Assembly: GCF_001194135.2 (NCBI RefSeq) | Contig: NC_068988.1 | Location: forward strand, 71,744,640-71,779,210 | DNA: 34,571 nt | Direction of reading: 5' to 3' | Source of the DNA: Octopus bimaculoides | Taxonomy: Eukaryota | Part shown: piece by piece, positions 23,881 through 33,972 of the stretch | Position numbering within the stretch: the stretch's first letter is position 1 | Layout: each line of letters starts with the position of its first letter | Notes under the pieces: model-generated | The model's database searches: none | Told to the model about the DNA's origin: nothing | What the model saw: only the letters and a program-made list of their open reading frames with translations | Program-made: the position numbers and the translations under genes

Positions 23881-24539
23881 ATAAAAACAAAAGGTAAAAC
23901 TGCAACTTTCTTTTGCTTGCCTTCTTTTTTCCTATTGCAGTTTACTTTGTACATTCTCGGATTTTTCCGACCTTATACAAAAAATTTCTTCAAAGTAATA
24001 CTACACAATGCGTCACCAAAGCCACTCTCTTTTAATACATACATACAAAAATAAAATAAACGATTGAGACGGAAAATGGGATACACGAGAAATTGTATTG
24101 CTCACACCGATCGTTTCGACATATCCGGCATCGATCCCATCGATGCAATATATGTCGAATCAATCGTTGTGAGCAATAAAGTTACCCGTGTGTTCCATTT
24201 TCAGTTTATATTGTTTGTTTTATGCTCAACGTACACTGAGAATTTCCTGGGGTAGTTCTAGCGACAATTTTGTAATTACGTGGATGACGCCAGATAGCCA
24301 TAGTCAGTGAACGTGCTTTATCGGAACATATCAGCACTTAAATATTAGCTTACATACATACATACATACATACATACATCGGCAGTTCATCCAACACACA
24401 AACTCAACCAGATATTTACAAATACCGGGATCTTTCTTAATTCAAAATGTCTTATTACTTTGTTAGCAACAGACTTGAACTCTCTCAAGAAGAATTTAGA
24501 TTAAACTAAAAAAAAAAAAATCATACATACATACATACG

Positions 24540-24690
24540 CATCACGGGCTTCCGCATACTTTCAGACAAGAAGATTTCATTAAAAGCTATTGTTCAACGT
24601 GAGGTTACGGTTAAATATACTTGTCCAAAGCCAAAAGAATTTTAATAGAATTTGAAAGACACGCTCACGAAATTCTTAACCACACAACTG
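24540..24690 (-). mobile_element. Highly degenerate SINE fragment
   Basis: CACGGGCTTCC..GGTTAAATATACTTGTCCAA..CTTAACCACACAAC echoes the SINE body and head seen at 29560-29710. Confidence 0.45.
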
Positions 24691-25512
24691 GTAAGGTATT
24701 TACTTAAAATCTTAGGTATCATAAAATGTCTGACGTAAGTATATCAGCATCACAACACAAAATCTTCTTGAATAGAAACTTAAACTGGGAAAGAAAGAAA
24801 ATCAAACAAAAAACATTGATTCGGAAGAGAATTCCAATTTAAATTCGATATATTTACAATTTCTATTTCTCTATACTGTTCTTGGTTCTACTATCATGGT
24901 TTGTAATAGTATTTCATTTGTAGGAATGAGAGATTTCCTAACAAGAACTCTTAATTTGAGACATCACATCCTTGTATCATAAGCATATTAAATTTAATGA
25001 TCATATAGAAGAAATAATTGCATGGATAGTGAAATGATTATAGTAGAAGACATCTAACTAGGAGAAAATAATTATTATCATGCGAACGATATAGCGTTTC
25101 ATGTCACCAATAAACTTGACCCACAAATGGTCATGTCTGCTAATTTGTAGGTTGATATTTTATAGTAAGAAAACTTTGAGGATATCTGCTGCAACAACAC
25201 TGTAACATTGACGAATCTATTACTGTCCGCAGTTACTTTGCGCAACTCCTGCTGTGAGCATTAAAAAAGAAAAAAAAGCTATAATATTACTCTCAACATA
25301 GAAAACTCGGACATCCTTGACTTCTGTGTTGATATTTGCTATTGAATACAGACTACTGTTCTGGTGATGAGCTACGTAGACTTCCTAATGCTCAAAACCA
25401 TCCCACGTTAGAATTATTACACACGGGGGTTCTTGCAATTCATTATGATCATAGGCCACGATCATCTTGATATTAATACAAACAATAAAAGATCTTGATA
25501 TATATGTAGTAA

Positions 25513-25712
25513 GCAAGTTGGCAGAATCGTTAGTACGCCGGGAAAAATGCCTAGCGGTATTTCGTCCGTCTTTACGTTCTGAGTTAAAATTCCGCCGGGC
25601 CGGCTTTGCCTTTCACCCTTTCTGAGTCGATAAAATAAGTACCAGTTGAACACTGGAGTCAGTCTAATCGAATTATACCTTCCCTTGAAATTGCTGGCCT
25701 TGTACCAAAATT
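25513..25712 (+). mobile_element. tRNA-derived SINE, second family
   Basis: TTGGCAGAATCGTTAG (A box), GAGTTAAAATTCC (B box), CTTTGCCTTTCACCCTTTCTGAGTCGATAAAATAAGTACCAG. Confidence 0.88.
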
Positions 25713-26532
25713 TCCTACCAATATATATGTAGCTAACTATAGTGCATGTGTTCTTGTTTCATAACTCGGGTTTAGGTAATTGTCGAATAAATTATTATGC
25801 CGTCTAAATATAACACTGGAGAACATATTTTTGTGAATGATATCTGATACTTGATTCTAAGTATTTTGAGTGCGCTAAATATGAATTTGAACTCGGTTCG
25901 GCTCTATCAGGTCCTGATTTTTGTCAATAGCCTATGTGCCATTTTTCTCAAATTAGGACTTTCTCTCAAATTCTCAAATTAGGATTAAATTTTCTCAAAT
26001 TAGGACTAAAAAATTAAGTCATAGGTTCAAATTTAATTTCAAGGTTCATGAATACAAGCAGTCCAAAATTCTGTAAAATTACATTTTAAAGATAGAAATT
26101 ACTTAAAGAGATATGAAGCTTTCACTCTGGTAAAAAATGTCTCCTATATTTTCTTGTTAATGGCGGATCTCTTTCCAAACGCCAACAGTGAGAATACCAG
26201 TGTCTTTGGTACCATTCCACCATAATCTTTATATCTTGTTCATCACTTACAGCACCTAAATTACTTGGAAATCGGTCAAGATAACAATTCAAACAATGCA
26301 TTTTTATGCTAAGGAGAAAATAGCTAGTTCTAAAATCTATAAACGAGATGTAAGTAGTAACAATACTAAAAGTAACCTCTTTTTTTGCCACTATAACATG
26401 CCTGCTCAATAAAGAACTATGTTACTACACTCTAACCTCAGGAAAACGTCTTTTTTCAGGTTAACGACACAAAATCTGTGTCCGATATATTGTGAGTAAG
26501 GGAGCGAATCACTCCATTCCAGCTTGGCAATA

Positions 26533-26577
26533 CCAGTAGACCATGGTTTCTGGGTCTTTACCCTTCATCGGTACTGG
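26533..26577 (-). ncRNA. Minimal type I hammerhead motif (U4C, A-flanked stem II)
   Basis: Minus strand: CCAGTA, CCGATGA, A-GGGT-AAAG-ACCC-A, GAAAC-CATG-GTC, TACTGG. Perfect 6-bp stem I, palindromic ACCATGGT, GUC cleavage triplet. Confidence 0.72.
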
Positions 26578-26994
26578 ACACCTGCCTGTTAGAGATGGCA
26601 GTCATTCACCCCTACTCACAATATATAAACAGGGAAGCGGCAGAGAGCTGCCGATCTCGTAAGGAGCCAAATAGCTAGTTCTAAAATCTGTAAACTAGCT
26701 TGAGGGGAGTGGTTCGCTCCCTTTCTCACAATATATCGGACACAGATTGCGAGTCGTTAACCGCTGGAAAAATATTTTCCAGGGGTTAAGATGTAGTAAC
26801 ATATTTCTTTATAGAACAGCCATGTTATAGTGGCAAAAAAAACGTTACCGTGTAGTATTGTTACTACTTATATCTCGTTTAGAGATTTTAGAGCTAGCTA
26901 TTTTGCTCCTTATCATATGAACCGCTATCTGTCGCTTCCCTGTTTACATATTGTGAGTAGGGGCGAGTGACTACCATCTCTAGCAGGCAAGTAT

Positions 26995-27038
26995 CCAGTA
27001 CCGATGAAGGGTAAAGACCCAGAACCATGATCTACTGG
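26995..27038 (+). ncRNA. Second, mutated hammerhead copy (GAAAC to GAAC, GUC to AUC)
   Basis: CCAGTA-CCGATGA-AGGGTAAAGACCCA-GAAC-CATG-ATC-TACTGG. Confidence 0.62.
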
Positions 27039-27650
27039 TCTTGCCAAGCTGGGAGGGGAGTGATTCGCTCCCTTACTCACAATATATCGGACACAAGCTG
27101 TGTGCCGTTAACCAGCTGGAAAAGACGCTCCGGCATAGTTCTTTCGAGAACAACAATGCTATAGGAGAAAAAAACCCTTACCATTTTTATGCTCATATTG
27201 CAGCCTAATTCTTTGTAGTCACTTAAAATGTCTTTTACTATTTCTTCGTCGTTATCTGCCCCATAATTGCCTAAATTGTTTTCTATCAAATCTACGAATG
27301 AGAACTAGGCATTTTCTCGCGTTCATTCATAAAATTAAGAAAATCACCGTCTTTAATTAATGTTCTGGTTTGTGGACTGTCGAAATTTCCGCCTTGATTT
27401 TTTTCATAACTTAAACTTGGAAATTTTGAAGTTATTGCCGTTTGTATCTAAAGCTTTTACATATTGTCTAATGAGGCCCAGTTTAATATGCAGAGGAAAT
27501 ATGATTTTATCTCTGGGCACTAAAGGTGGATTTATTACGCTTTTTTCTTCAACAGCCAGTGATGTTTGTACTGGTCACATCTGTTTGAAATAATGTTACT
27601 CCTTGGCTCTGCTGTCCCATAAGCAAAGGAAACAGGGATATTTAGTATAC

Positions 27651-28122
27651 TTCAAAAGTTAGACAGAAAAGGTAAAAATAGATGAAAACCGATCGAAGAC
27701 CTAACGGACAGAAAAGGGAGTGAAAAACACGCTACAAGAAACATTCGCAGCTGACTTTCTCATCAGTTGGTATCCGAGACTATTTAAACCGAAACCACTG
27801 TCATCTAACGGCAGTGCCAAGGAAAATGCTGACAAATATGTGAGAGGGCAGGACAAAATAACGTTAACGGCAATAGAAAATGCCTTACGGCTGTAAATAA
27901 ACAATGGCAATAATTAAACGTATATACACTAAAACGATACAATACAAACAAAAAAAGCCTTTTCGGTAATCAAGCAGACATAGTGAGGTAACGCAAAAAA
28001 ATGGAAAAAGTCTTGATTATTTTCCAACGCTGGAATATTATCTTTCGGTTGTTTGTTGCTCTCTTTTTGTTCATCTTTTTTGTACATCTTGACGGACGGA
28101 ATACAAACGTGTCTGGCTGGGT
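27651..28122. other. Unclassified ~470-bp insertion splitting the transposase motif LLGQxxG / YTKYPC
   Basis: LLGQKAG ends at ~28122 and YTKYPCFLC resumes at ~27649 on the minus strand. The intervening sequence shows no transposase similarity and no clear TSD. Confidence 0.65.
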
Positions 28123-28911
28123 TCCTGCTTTTTGTCCTAGCAGAAAATTAACTATTTTTAAGTCAACACATATGATCCACTCGTGCTCCCTATATTTGAT
28201 ATTCAGAACCTTTTCTATATGTTCATAGATTCCTTTTAATTTTATTGAGTGCCCAATCTGTGTCGAGCCGTAGAGATTGCCGTTATGCAACTATACACGC
28301 TTAAGACTTTTTTCGAACTGTCTAAAAATAAGCACCAATCATTTGCATCGTAAGTCTCAGCTCCGACCTGTAATAAACTAGGTATGTCGCAGCAATATAC
28401 TAAACTATCCCCTGTTCTAAGATATTTAAGTTCTTCACTTTCTCTGTAAAATGTAATTTATATGTTTGAAGTACCTCAGTTACAATTATATTTAGGTAAG
28501 TTATAGTATATCAGTGACTAAATTACGTAGTTTTATAAAATTATAAACTTTCCATTGGAACTTCAGAATCAGGACCTGATAGAGAAAAACCAATTAAAAA
28601 TTTGCGCTCAGCGCATCTATGTTACATAAGACAAGCTGTTAAATCTAATTCAATTGACAAAAATTGAAATTTGTTTCCCAGTGTTGTATTTACAAACTTC
28701 TTTATGAATAAATTAACCTATTTTATGATAACTGCCTTTTCTTTATCACATTTAGATATCTCTGGATGATAAAGCATGCTATAAGGGAAAACTGCCATCT
28801 GTGATGATTCAATAAATAGGTTTATGTAAGCAGAGATCAGCACTCCAGAAGTGGAAGTCCTGCATGAAACAAGGTAAGGAATTTATTTCTGAACAATATT
28901 GTGTTCTGTCG

Positions 28912-28970
28912 ATACTAACTTACTAAACTTATTGATACTAACTTACTGAACGATACTAACTTACTGAATA
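28912..28970. repeat. Three imperfect copies of GATACTAACTTACT(G)AA
   Basis: Direct reading. Confidence 0.85.
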
Positions 28971-29150
28971 TGAGTCATTAATTCAAAAGAGAAACACTAA
29001 TTTGTGTAGTGCAAATTCAGACATCTTAATCAGTTTCATCTGAAAAATGTTATCTTGAAGCTTTATACTGTGAATTCAATTCCGTTATAGGGGCTTGATT
29101 AAATCGCTTGAGAGGAAATTTAGTTTTAAATTGTCCCATTCCACCTAAAG

Positions 29151-29158
29151 TATAAATA
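29151..29158 (+). promoter_or_regulatory. Candidate TATA box (TATAAATA), ~1.6 kb upstream of the peptide coding exon
   Basis: Perfect consensus in non-repeat sequence, but the motif is common by chance in AT-rich DNA and no strong donor was found just downstream. Confidence 0.25.
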
Positions 29159-29310
29159 GCGACATTGATACAAAGTTATCTGCAATAGGCTAGCATCTTA
29201 TTCAACAGTTGATATGTCTCTCACTCGTCTAGTTCTGCAAAAGGCAATACTGCGTTACTATGGAAATCCATGATTTGCATAAGAATTAACTTTATCGACG
29301 TATAAGACTC

Positions 29311-29718
29311 TCTTTTTACTCTTTTACTTGTTTCAGTCATTTGACTGCGGCCATGCTGGAGCACCGCCTTTAGTCGAGCAAATCGACCCCAGGACTTATT
29401 CTTTGTAAGTCTAGTACTTATTCTATCGGTCTCTTTTGCTGAACCGCTAAGTTACCGGTAAGCAAACACACCAGCATCGGTTGTCAAGCGATGTTGGGGG
29501 TACAAACACAGACACACAAACACGCATACATATATATATACATAGACATATATACGACGAACTTCTTTCAGTTTCCGTCTACTAAATCCACTCACAAGTC
29601 TTTGGTCGGCCATAGGCTATAGTAGAAGACACTTGCCCAAGATGCCACGCAATGGGACTGAAGCCGGAACCATGTGGTTGGTAAGCAAGCTACTTAGCAC
29701 ACAGCCACTCTTGCGCCT
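29311..29718 (-). mobile_element. Full-length tRNA-derived SINE with an internal (TG/TA) microsatellite
   Basis: Minus strand begins AGGCGCAAGAGTGGCTGTG (A box), then GGCTTCAGTCCCA (B-box-like), TCTTGGGCAAGTGTCTTCTACTATAGCC, and ends in an AGTAAAAG-type tail. Other copies lie at 11656, 23280 and 33609. Confidence 0.93.
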
Positions 29719-30038
29719 AATTTTATTCGTAACCGTCTAAATTTATTCGTATAAGAATTAACTTTATCGACGGGATATGTGATTTCCTGTTTTGACATTT
29801 GTTGTAATATTCTGTCTCTGAGAAAGACATAAGTAATTACCGATCGTGCCTTCTCTAATTTATTATTTCTGTGTTGAAATGAGATATTTTATCACAGAAT
29901 ATTAGCTTTTCAATTATCCTTCAGTATAAATGAAGGTGGTGGAATTAACTGAAACATCAAACTTATTTAGTAATCCAGGATTTCTATAAATAACAAAGCT
30001 TACGAAATATTATTTGACGTGAAAATGCATAATCTTTC

Positions 30039-30094
30039 GTTTAACCAAAACATAATTCTGTTTAACCAAAACATAATTCTGTTTAACCAAAACA
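30039..30094. repeat. 21-bp tandem repeat (GTTTAACCAAAACATAATTCT), ~2.7 copies
   Basis: Direct reading. Confidence 0.92.
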
Positions 30095-30765
30095 AACTAT
30101 TATTATAATTAGCTTCACATGGGCTAAGTAAGTTATCGGTGGTTTAGTAATGATTCGAATTTCAGAAAATACTTTGCAAAAATTCATGAGAAAAACAGAA
30201 ATGTTACATAACAATATTTCTCCTACCTGTGATTTTTATTAATAAACTAACTGGGACGATGATGTAGCAGAGACGGTACACCTTATACAAAAAGTTGAAA
30301 GTCCTGTATATCATTTTTTTGTAACTGAGTTACAATATCTAAATTAATTGTTAGTAACTTTCGTCATACTAATGTCCTTGACAAAAGCATCAAGAACATA
30401 CCATTGCCTGTACACATTTTTCAGACATTCTGACAAGCATAACAATAATATTACTTTCAACTATTAATCGACCTTGTGGTGATTACTGTAGGGCAAGCTA
30501 TAACTTCTTTGCCAAATCAAAACGTTCCTTGATTCCACTTGCCTGTTTATTTAGAAATAAATTATGTAGCTAAATCGCTTAAATATCAAATTATTCCATT
30601 AATTCATCCCCTAAATCATAGTTTCTTCCGAGACCAAATATTCTTGTGCAGTGCAAATATGTAGAACTGTTTTTGTTCGAGTTTAATTTTCCGAGTTTTT
30701 AACAATTGAAATAGTATTTAGAAGATAATCTTTTTCTCTTCATTTAATTTGTTCCAGAAACAATA

Positions 30766-30859
30766 ATGAAGGTTGTGTGTATATTTTTGCTGGTTTTGTT
30801 GCCATTGGCAATGGCAACTGTGTCCCTATATGACGAGGATGTCGATAAGAGATTTTCTT
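30766..30859 (+). CDS. Secreted peptide precursor, coding exon 1 (MKVVCIFLLVLLPLAMA-TVSLYDEDVDKR-FS, phase-1 end)
   Basis: Strong acceptor TCTTTTTCTCTTCATTTAATTTGTTCCAG ending at 30757; ATG with A at -3; textbook signal peptide ending A-M-A; acidic spacer followed by KR; donor T|GTAAGT at 30860. Confidence 0.8.
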
Positions 30860-30916
30860 GTAAGTTGTTGTCATTTCATTACACTTGAACATATTTCTAT
30901 TTAAAGTTATCTACAG

Positions 30917-30963
30917 GTGAACGAATCTACAAGCATGACTTCTTTTGTAAACTTTTATTCTGA
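30917..30963 (+). CDS. Secreted peptide precursor, putative coding exon 2 (C-ERIYKHDFFCKLLF-stop)
   Basis: A 57-nt GT..CTACAG intron (30860-30916) gives split codon T+GT = Cys, pairing with a second Cys; TGA at 30961-30963. Confidence 0.62.
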
Positions 30964-32144
30964 AAGTACCCTTGAAAAGTTCCAAACACCGCCTTTTGTT
31001 ATCGACAATTCACCTAAACATCTNNNNNNNNNNNNNNNNNNNNNNNNNNNNNNNNNNNNNNNNNNNNNNNNNNNNNNNNNNNNNNNNNNNNNNNNNNNNN
31101 NNNNNNNNNNNNNNNNNNNNNNNNNNNNNNNNNNNNNNNNNNNNNNNNNNNNNNNNNNNNNNNNNNNNNNNNNNNNNNNNNNNNNNNNNNNNNNNNNNNN
31201 NNNNNNNNNNNNNNNNNNNNNNNNNNNNNNNNNNNNNNNNNNNNNNNNNNNNNNNNNNNNNNNNNNNNNNNNNNNNNNNNNNNNNNNNNNNNNNNNNNNN
31301 NNNNNNNNNNNNNNNNNNNNNNNNNNNNNNNNNNNNNNNNNNNNNNNNNNNNNNNNNNNNNNNNNNNNNNNNNNNNNNNNNNNNNNNNNNNNNNNNNNNN
31401 NNNNNNNNNNNNNNNNNNNNNNNNNNNNNNNNNNNNNNNNNNNNNNNNNNNNNNNNNNNNNNNNNNNNNNNNNNNNNNNNNNNNNNNNNNNNNNNNNNNN
31501 NNNNNNNNNNNNNNNNNNNNNNNNNNNNNNNNNNNNNNNNNNNNNNNNNNNNNNNNNNNNNNNNNNNNNNNNNNNNNNNNNNNNNNNNNNNNNNNNNNNN
31601 NNNNNNNNNNNNNNNNNNNNNNNNNNNNNNNNNNNNNNNNNNNNNNNNNNNNNNNNNNNNNNNNNNNNNNNNNNNNNNNNNNNNNNNNNNNNNNNNNNNN
31701 NNNNNNNNNNNNNNNNNNNNNNNNNNNNNNNNNNNNNNNNNNNNNNNNNNNNNNNNNNNNNNNNNNNNNNNNNNNNNNNNNNNNNNNNNNNNNNNNNNNN
31801 NNNNNNNNNNNNNNNNNNNNNNNNNNNNNNNNNNNNNNNNNNNNNNNNNNNNNNNNNNNNNNNNNNNNNNNNNNNNNNNNNNNNNNNNNNNNNNNNNNNN
31901 NNNNNNNNNNNNNNNNNNNNNNNNNNNNNNNNNNNNNNNNNNNNNNNNNNNNNNNNNNNNNNNNNNNNNNNNNNNNNNNNNNNNNNNNNNNNCAGGATCA
32001 ATGTAGCTTAAAATCACAAAAATTATGTAACGCAAATTCCCCAGATCTCAGATAAGATTAAATTTATAACCATTTTGAGTCACTAGGCAATTATTGAAGA
32101 AATTTTGGCTAAGTATTCGGTTTGCTATTATTAATGTTGTCATT

Positions 32145-32830
32145 GTCATTGCTTACTTAAGTATTAATAAGGGCAATCGATTTCTGATCAATATATCGCT
32201 GATCACCCCCACACATTTCTCCACAGTAAAATCAACATCAATGGACGGGTATAGGGACACTACGCCCATGCTGCCTATAATGTGTCCCGTCAGGTCGTAG
32301 GCATCGTTGCACTCTTTGATTCTGCTGAGGAGGTCCTGTTACTGACAACATTGGCTCTGCAGACCGGTCTCGTCGGTGGTCCTGTTACTGGGTCAGTGAT
32401 CATCTTATGGTCCTTGCGCAGTCCATACAGTGCCGGGATGTCGTTGTGGCCTGGACGTTGTTGGCCGTGTGCTTCTTTGTCCCAAGGATGTTTGACCACA
32501 TCATCATATGAGCATTGAGGATCTTCTCTGTCTCCTCATACTCCCGTATCGTTGTTTCCCTAATATCGATGATGTGGGGTTGCATCGCCTGGATGTAGTT
32601 CGGTAGGTTGTCAACCGACATTCTGCTAGACTTGTCCGTGGAGAAGCCTACAACTTCACTATTTCTAGTGTGCTTGCGAAGGCCACCTGTAGACTTCTTG
32701 CAGAGTTGCTGTGCCTCACTACCACTCCGTCTACTAGTATATTGTTCTAAAATCTATATAATTTTAGTGTTGGCTATGATGAAGCGTGCTTCTATTTCGT
32801 CATTTGTCTGTTGAAGGATGCAAACTCTTT
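32145..32830 (-). mobile_element. Penelope-like element RT fragment, degenerate and internally deleted
   Basis: Minus strand: STDKSSRMSVDN..NYIQAMQPH; LYGLRKDHK..GPPTRPVC; IIGSMGVVSLYPSID (the D-x-x-S-L-Y-P RT motif with Asp replaced by Gly). Confidence 0.82.
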
Positions 32831-33049
32831 TGTTGAGGGGAAAGGTTGTCGATAAATAAGGCTCATATCATATGATATATCTCATGGATTGAAGAATAGG
32901 GACTGAAAAGGGTTAGTATCATTTATACCCGTTGTACTGCTATCTATCATAACATTTCTGAATGGGGTGAGAGGATAGAGCCGAGGGGAAGGCCATACTG
33001 CTGCAAAGAACAGTGACATACACATACAAGCATACACATACACTCACAT

Positions 33050-33052
33050 GCA

Positions 33053-33092
<40 letters not shown>
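33050..33092. repeat. (CA)n microsatellite
   Basis: Direct reading. Confidence 0.95.
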
Positions 33093-33096
<4 letters not shown>

Positions 33097-33608
33097 CGGA
33101 CACAAGCGCATGCGCACATAAGGATACACATCTCAGAAGAACAGAATGGAGTAATTGGAGCAAGAGCACACACGAAAACGAAAAGTGTCGCTGAAGAGGT
33201 CACAGATGTGTGACAAAAGATTTCCAGACAATGAACATGAGTTAAAATGAAAGAAAAATAAGAACAGTAATAAACGAGTGAAGAACAAATATGTAGTATT
33301 TATTTAGTAAAAAAAAATATATAATCGTCCCGAAATGCAACAATATATGTATATGAGGGAATATCAATCCGGGCAAAATACTTTGTAAGCCCTCTGTTAG
33401 TGCACTATGCTAACAATATTGCTCGTCTGGTGTATTGAAGTAAAGAACTCCACATATACTTTTGGCAGGGTCCGAGGTTATAGTTCATCACCATTCTATA
33501 TTGTAAATCCATGGTTGTGTTCCACGTATGCTGGATTTTACAGTGATATACAAGGCATAAATAATTTTTATGAATTTTAAATTTTCAATGCTCTTTTACT
33601 TGCTTATT

Positions 33609-33972
33609 ATTTTACTTGTTTCAGTCATTTTTATTGTGGCCATGCTGGAGCACCGCCTTTTAGTCGAACAAATCGACCCCTGAACTTCTTCTTTGTAAGC
33701 CTGGTACTTATTCTATCGGTTTCTTTTGCCGAAACGCTAAGTTACGGAGATGTAAACACACCAGCATGGGTTGTCAAGCTGTGGTGGGGGACAAACACAG
33801 ACACAAACACACACATACATACATACATACATACATACATACATGCATGCATACATACATATACAACGGACTTCTTTCAGTTTCCGTCTACCAAATCCAC
33901 TCACAAGGTGCCTCACAGTGGGACTGAACCCGGAACCATGTGGTTGGGAAGCAACCTTCTTACCACACTGCC
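33609..33972 (-). mobile_element. tRNA-derived SINE copy with an internal deletion
   Basis: Collinear with 29320-29710 but missing ~43 nt after CACAAGG (33908), most simply by loss between two CAAG(G) motifs. Confidence 0.92.

Larger units (their letters stand above)
26311..27181. mobile_element. Hammerhead-bearing ~350-bp-unit retroelement insertion (retrozyme-like or PLE pLTR-derived) with a 12-bp target duplication
   Basis: Flanked by CATTTTTATGCT at 26299-26310 and 27182-27193, which duplicates the SIKM codons of the transposase. Internal period is 350 bp (TAAGGAG at 26310 and 26660) and 351 bp (GGGGAGT at 26704 and 27055). The two halves are inverted relative to each other. Confidence 0.85.
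25814..28683 (-). mobile_element. Chapaev3-like (CMC superfamily) DNA transposon with a decayed transposase and two nested insertions
   Basis: Termini CACTG (25814) and CAGTG (28683) with imperfect TIRs; perfect 18-bp subterminal IR at 25902-25919 / 28567-28584. Minus-strand motifs: DWCLFLDSSK..LHNGNLYGS..WIICVDLKIVNFLLGQ, YTKYPCFLCLWDSRA, LHIKLGL, LGCNMSIKM, LDRFPSNLGAVSDEQ, CWRLERD. Family name is from recalled motif similarity. The flanks (TAA / TTG) do not form a clean TSD. Confidence 0.78.

Noticed and set aside
27725-27775. CTGATGAG on the minus strand as a hammerhead core
   Set aside because: No convincing stem II, GAAT instead of GAAA, and only a 3-bp stem I.
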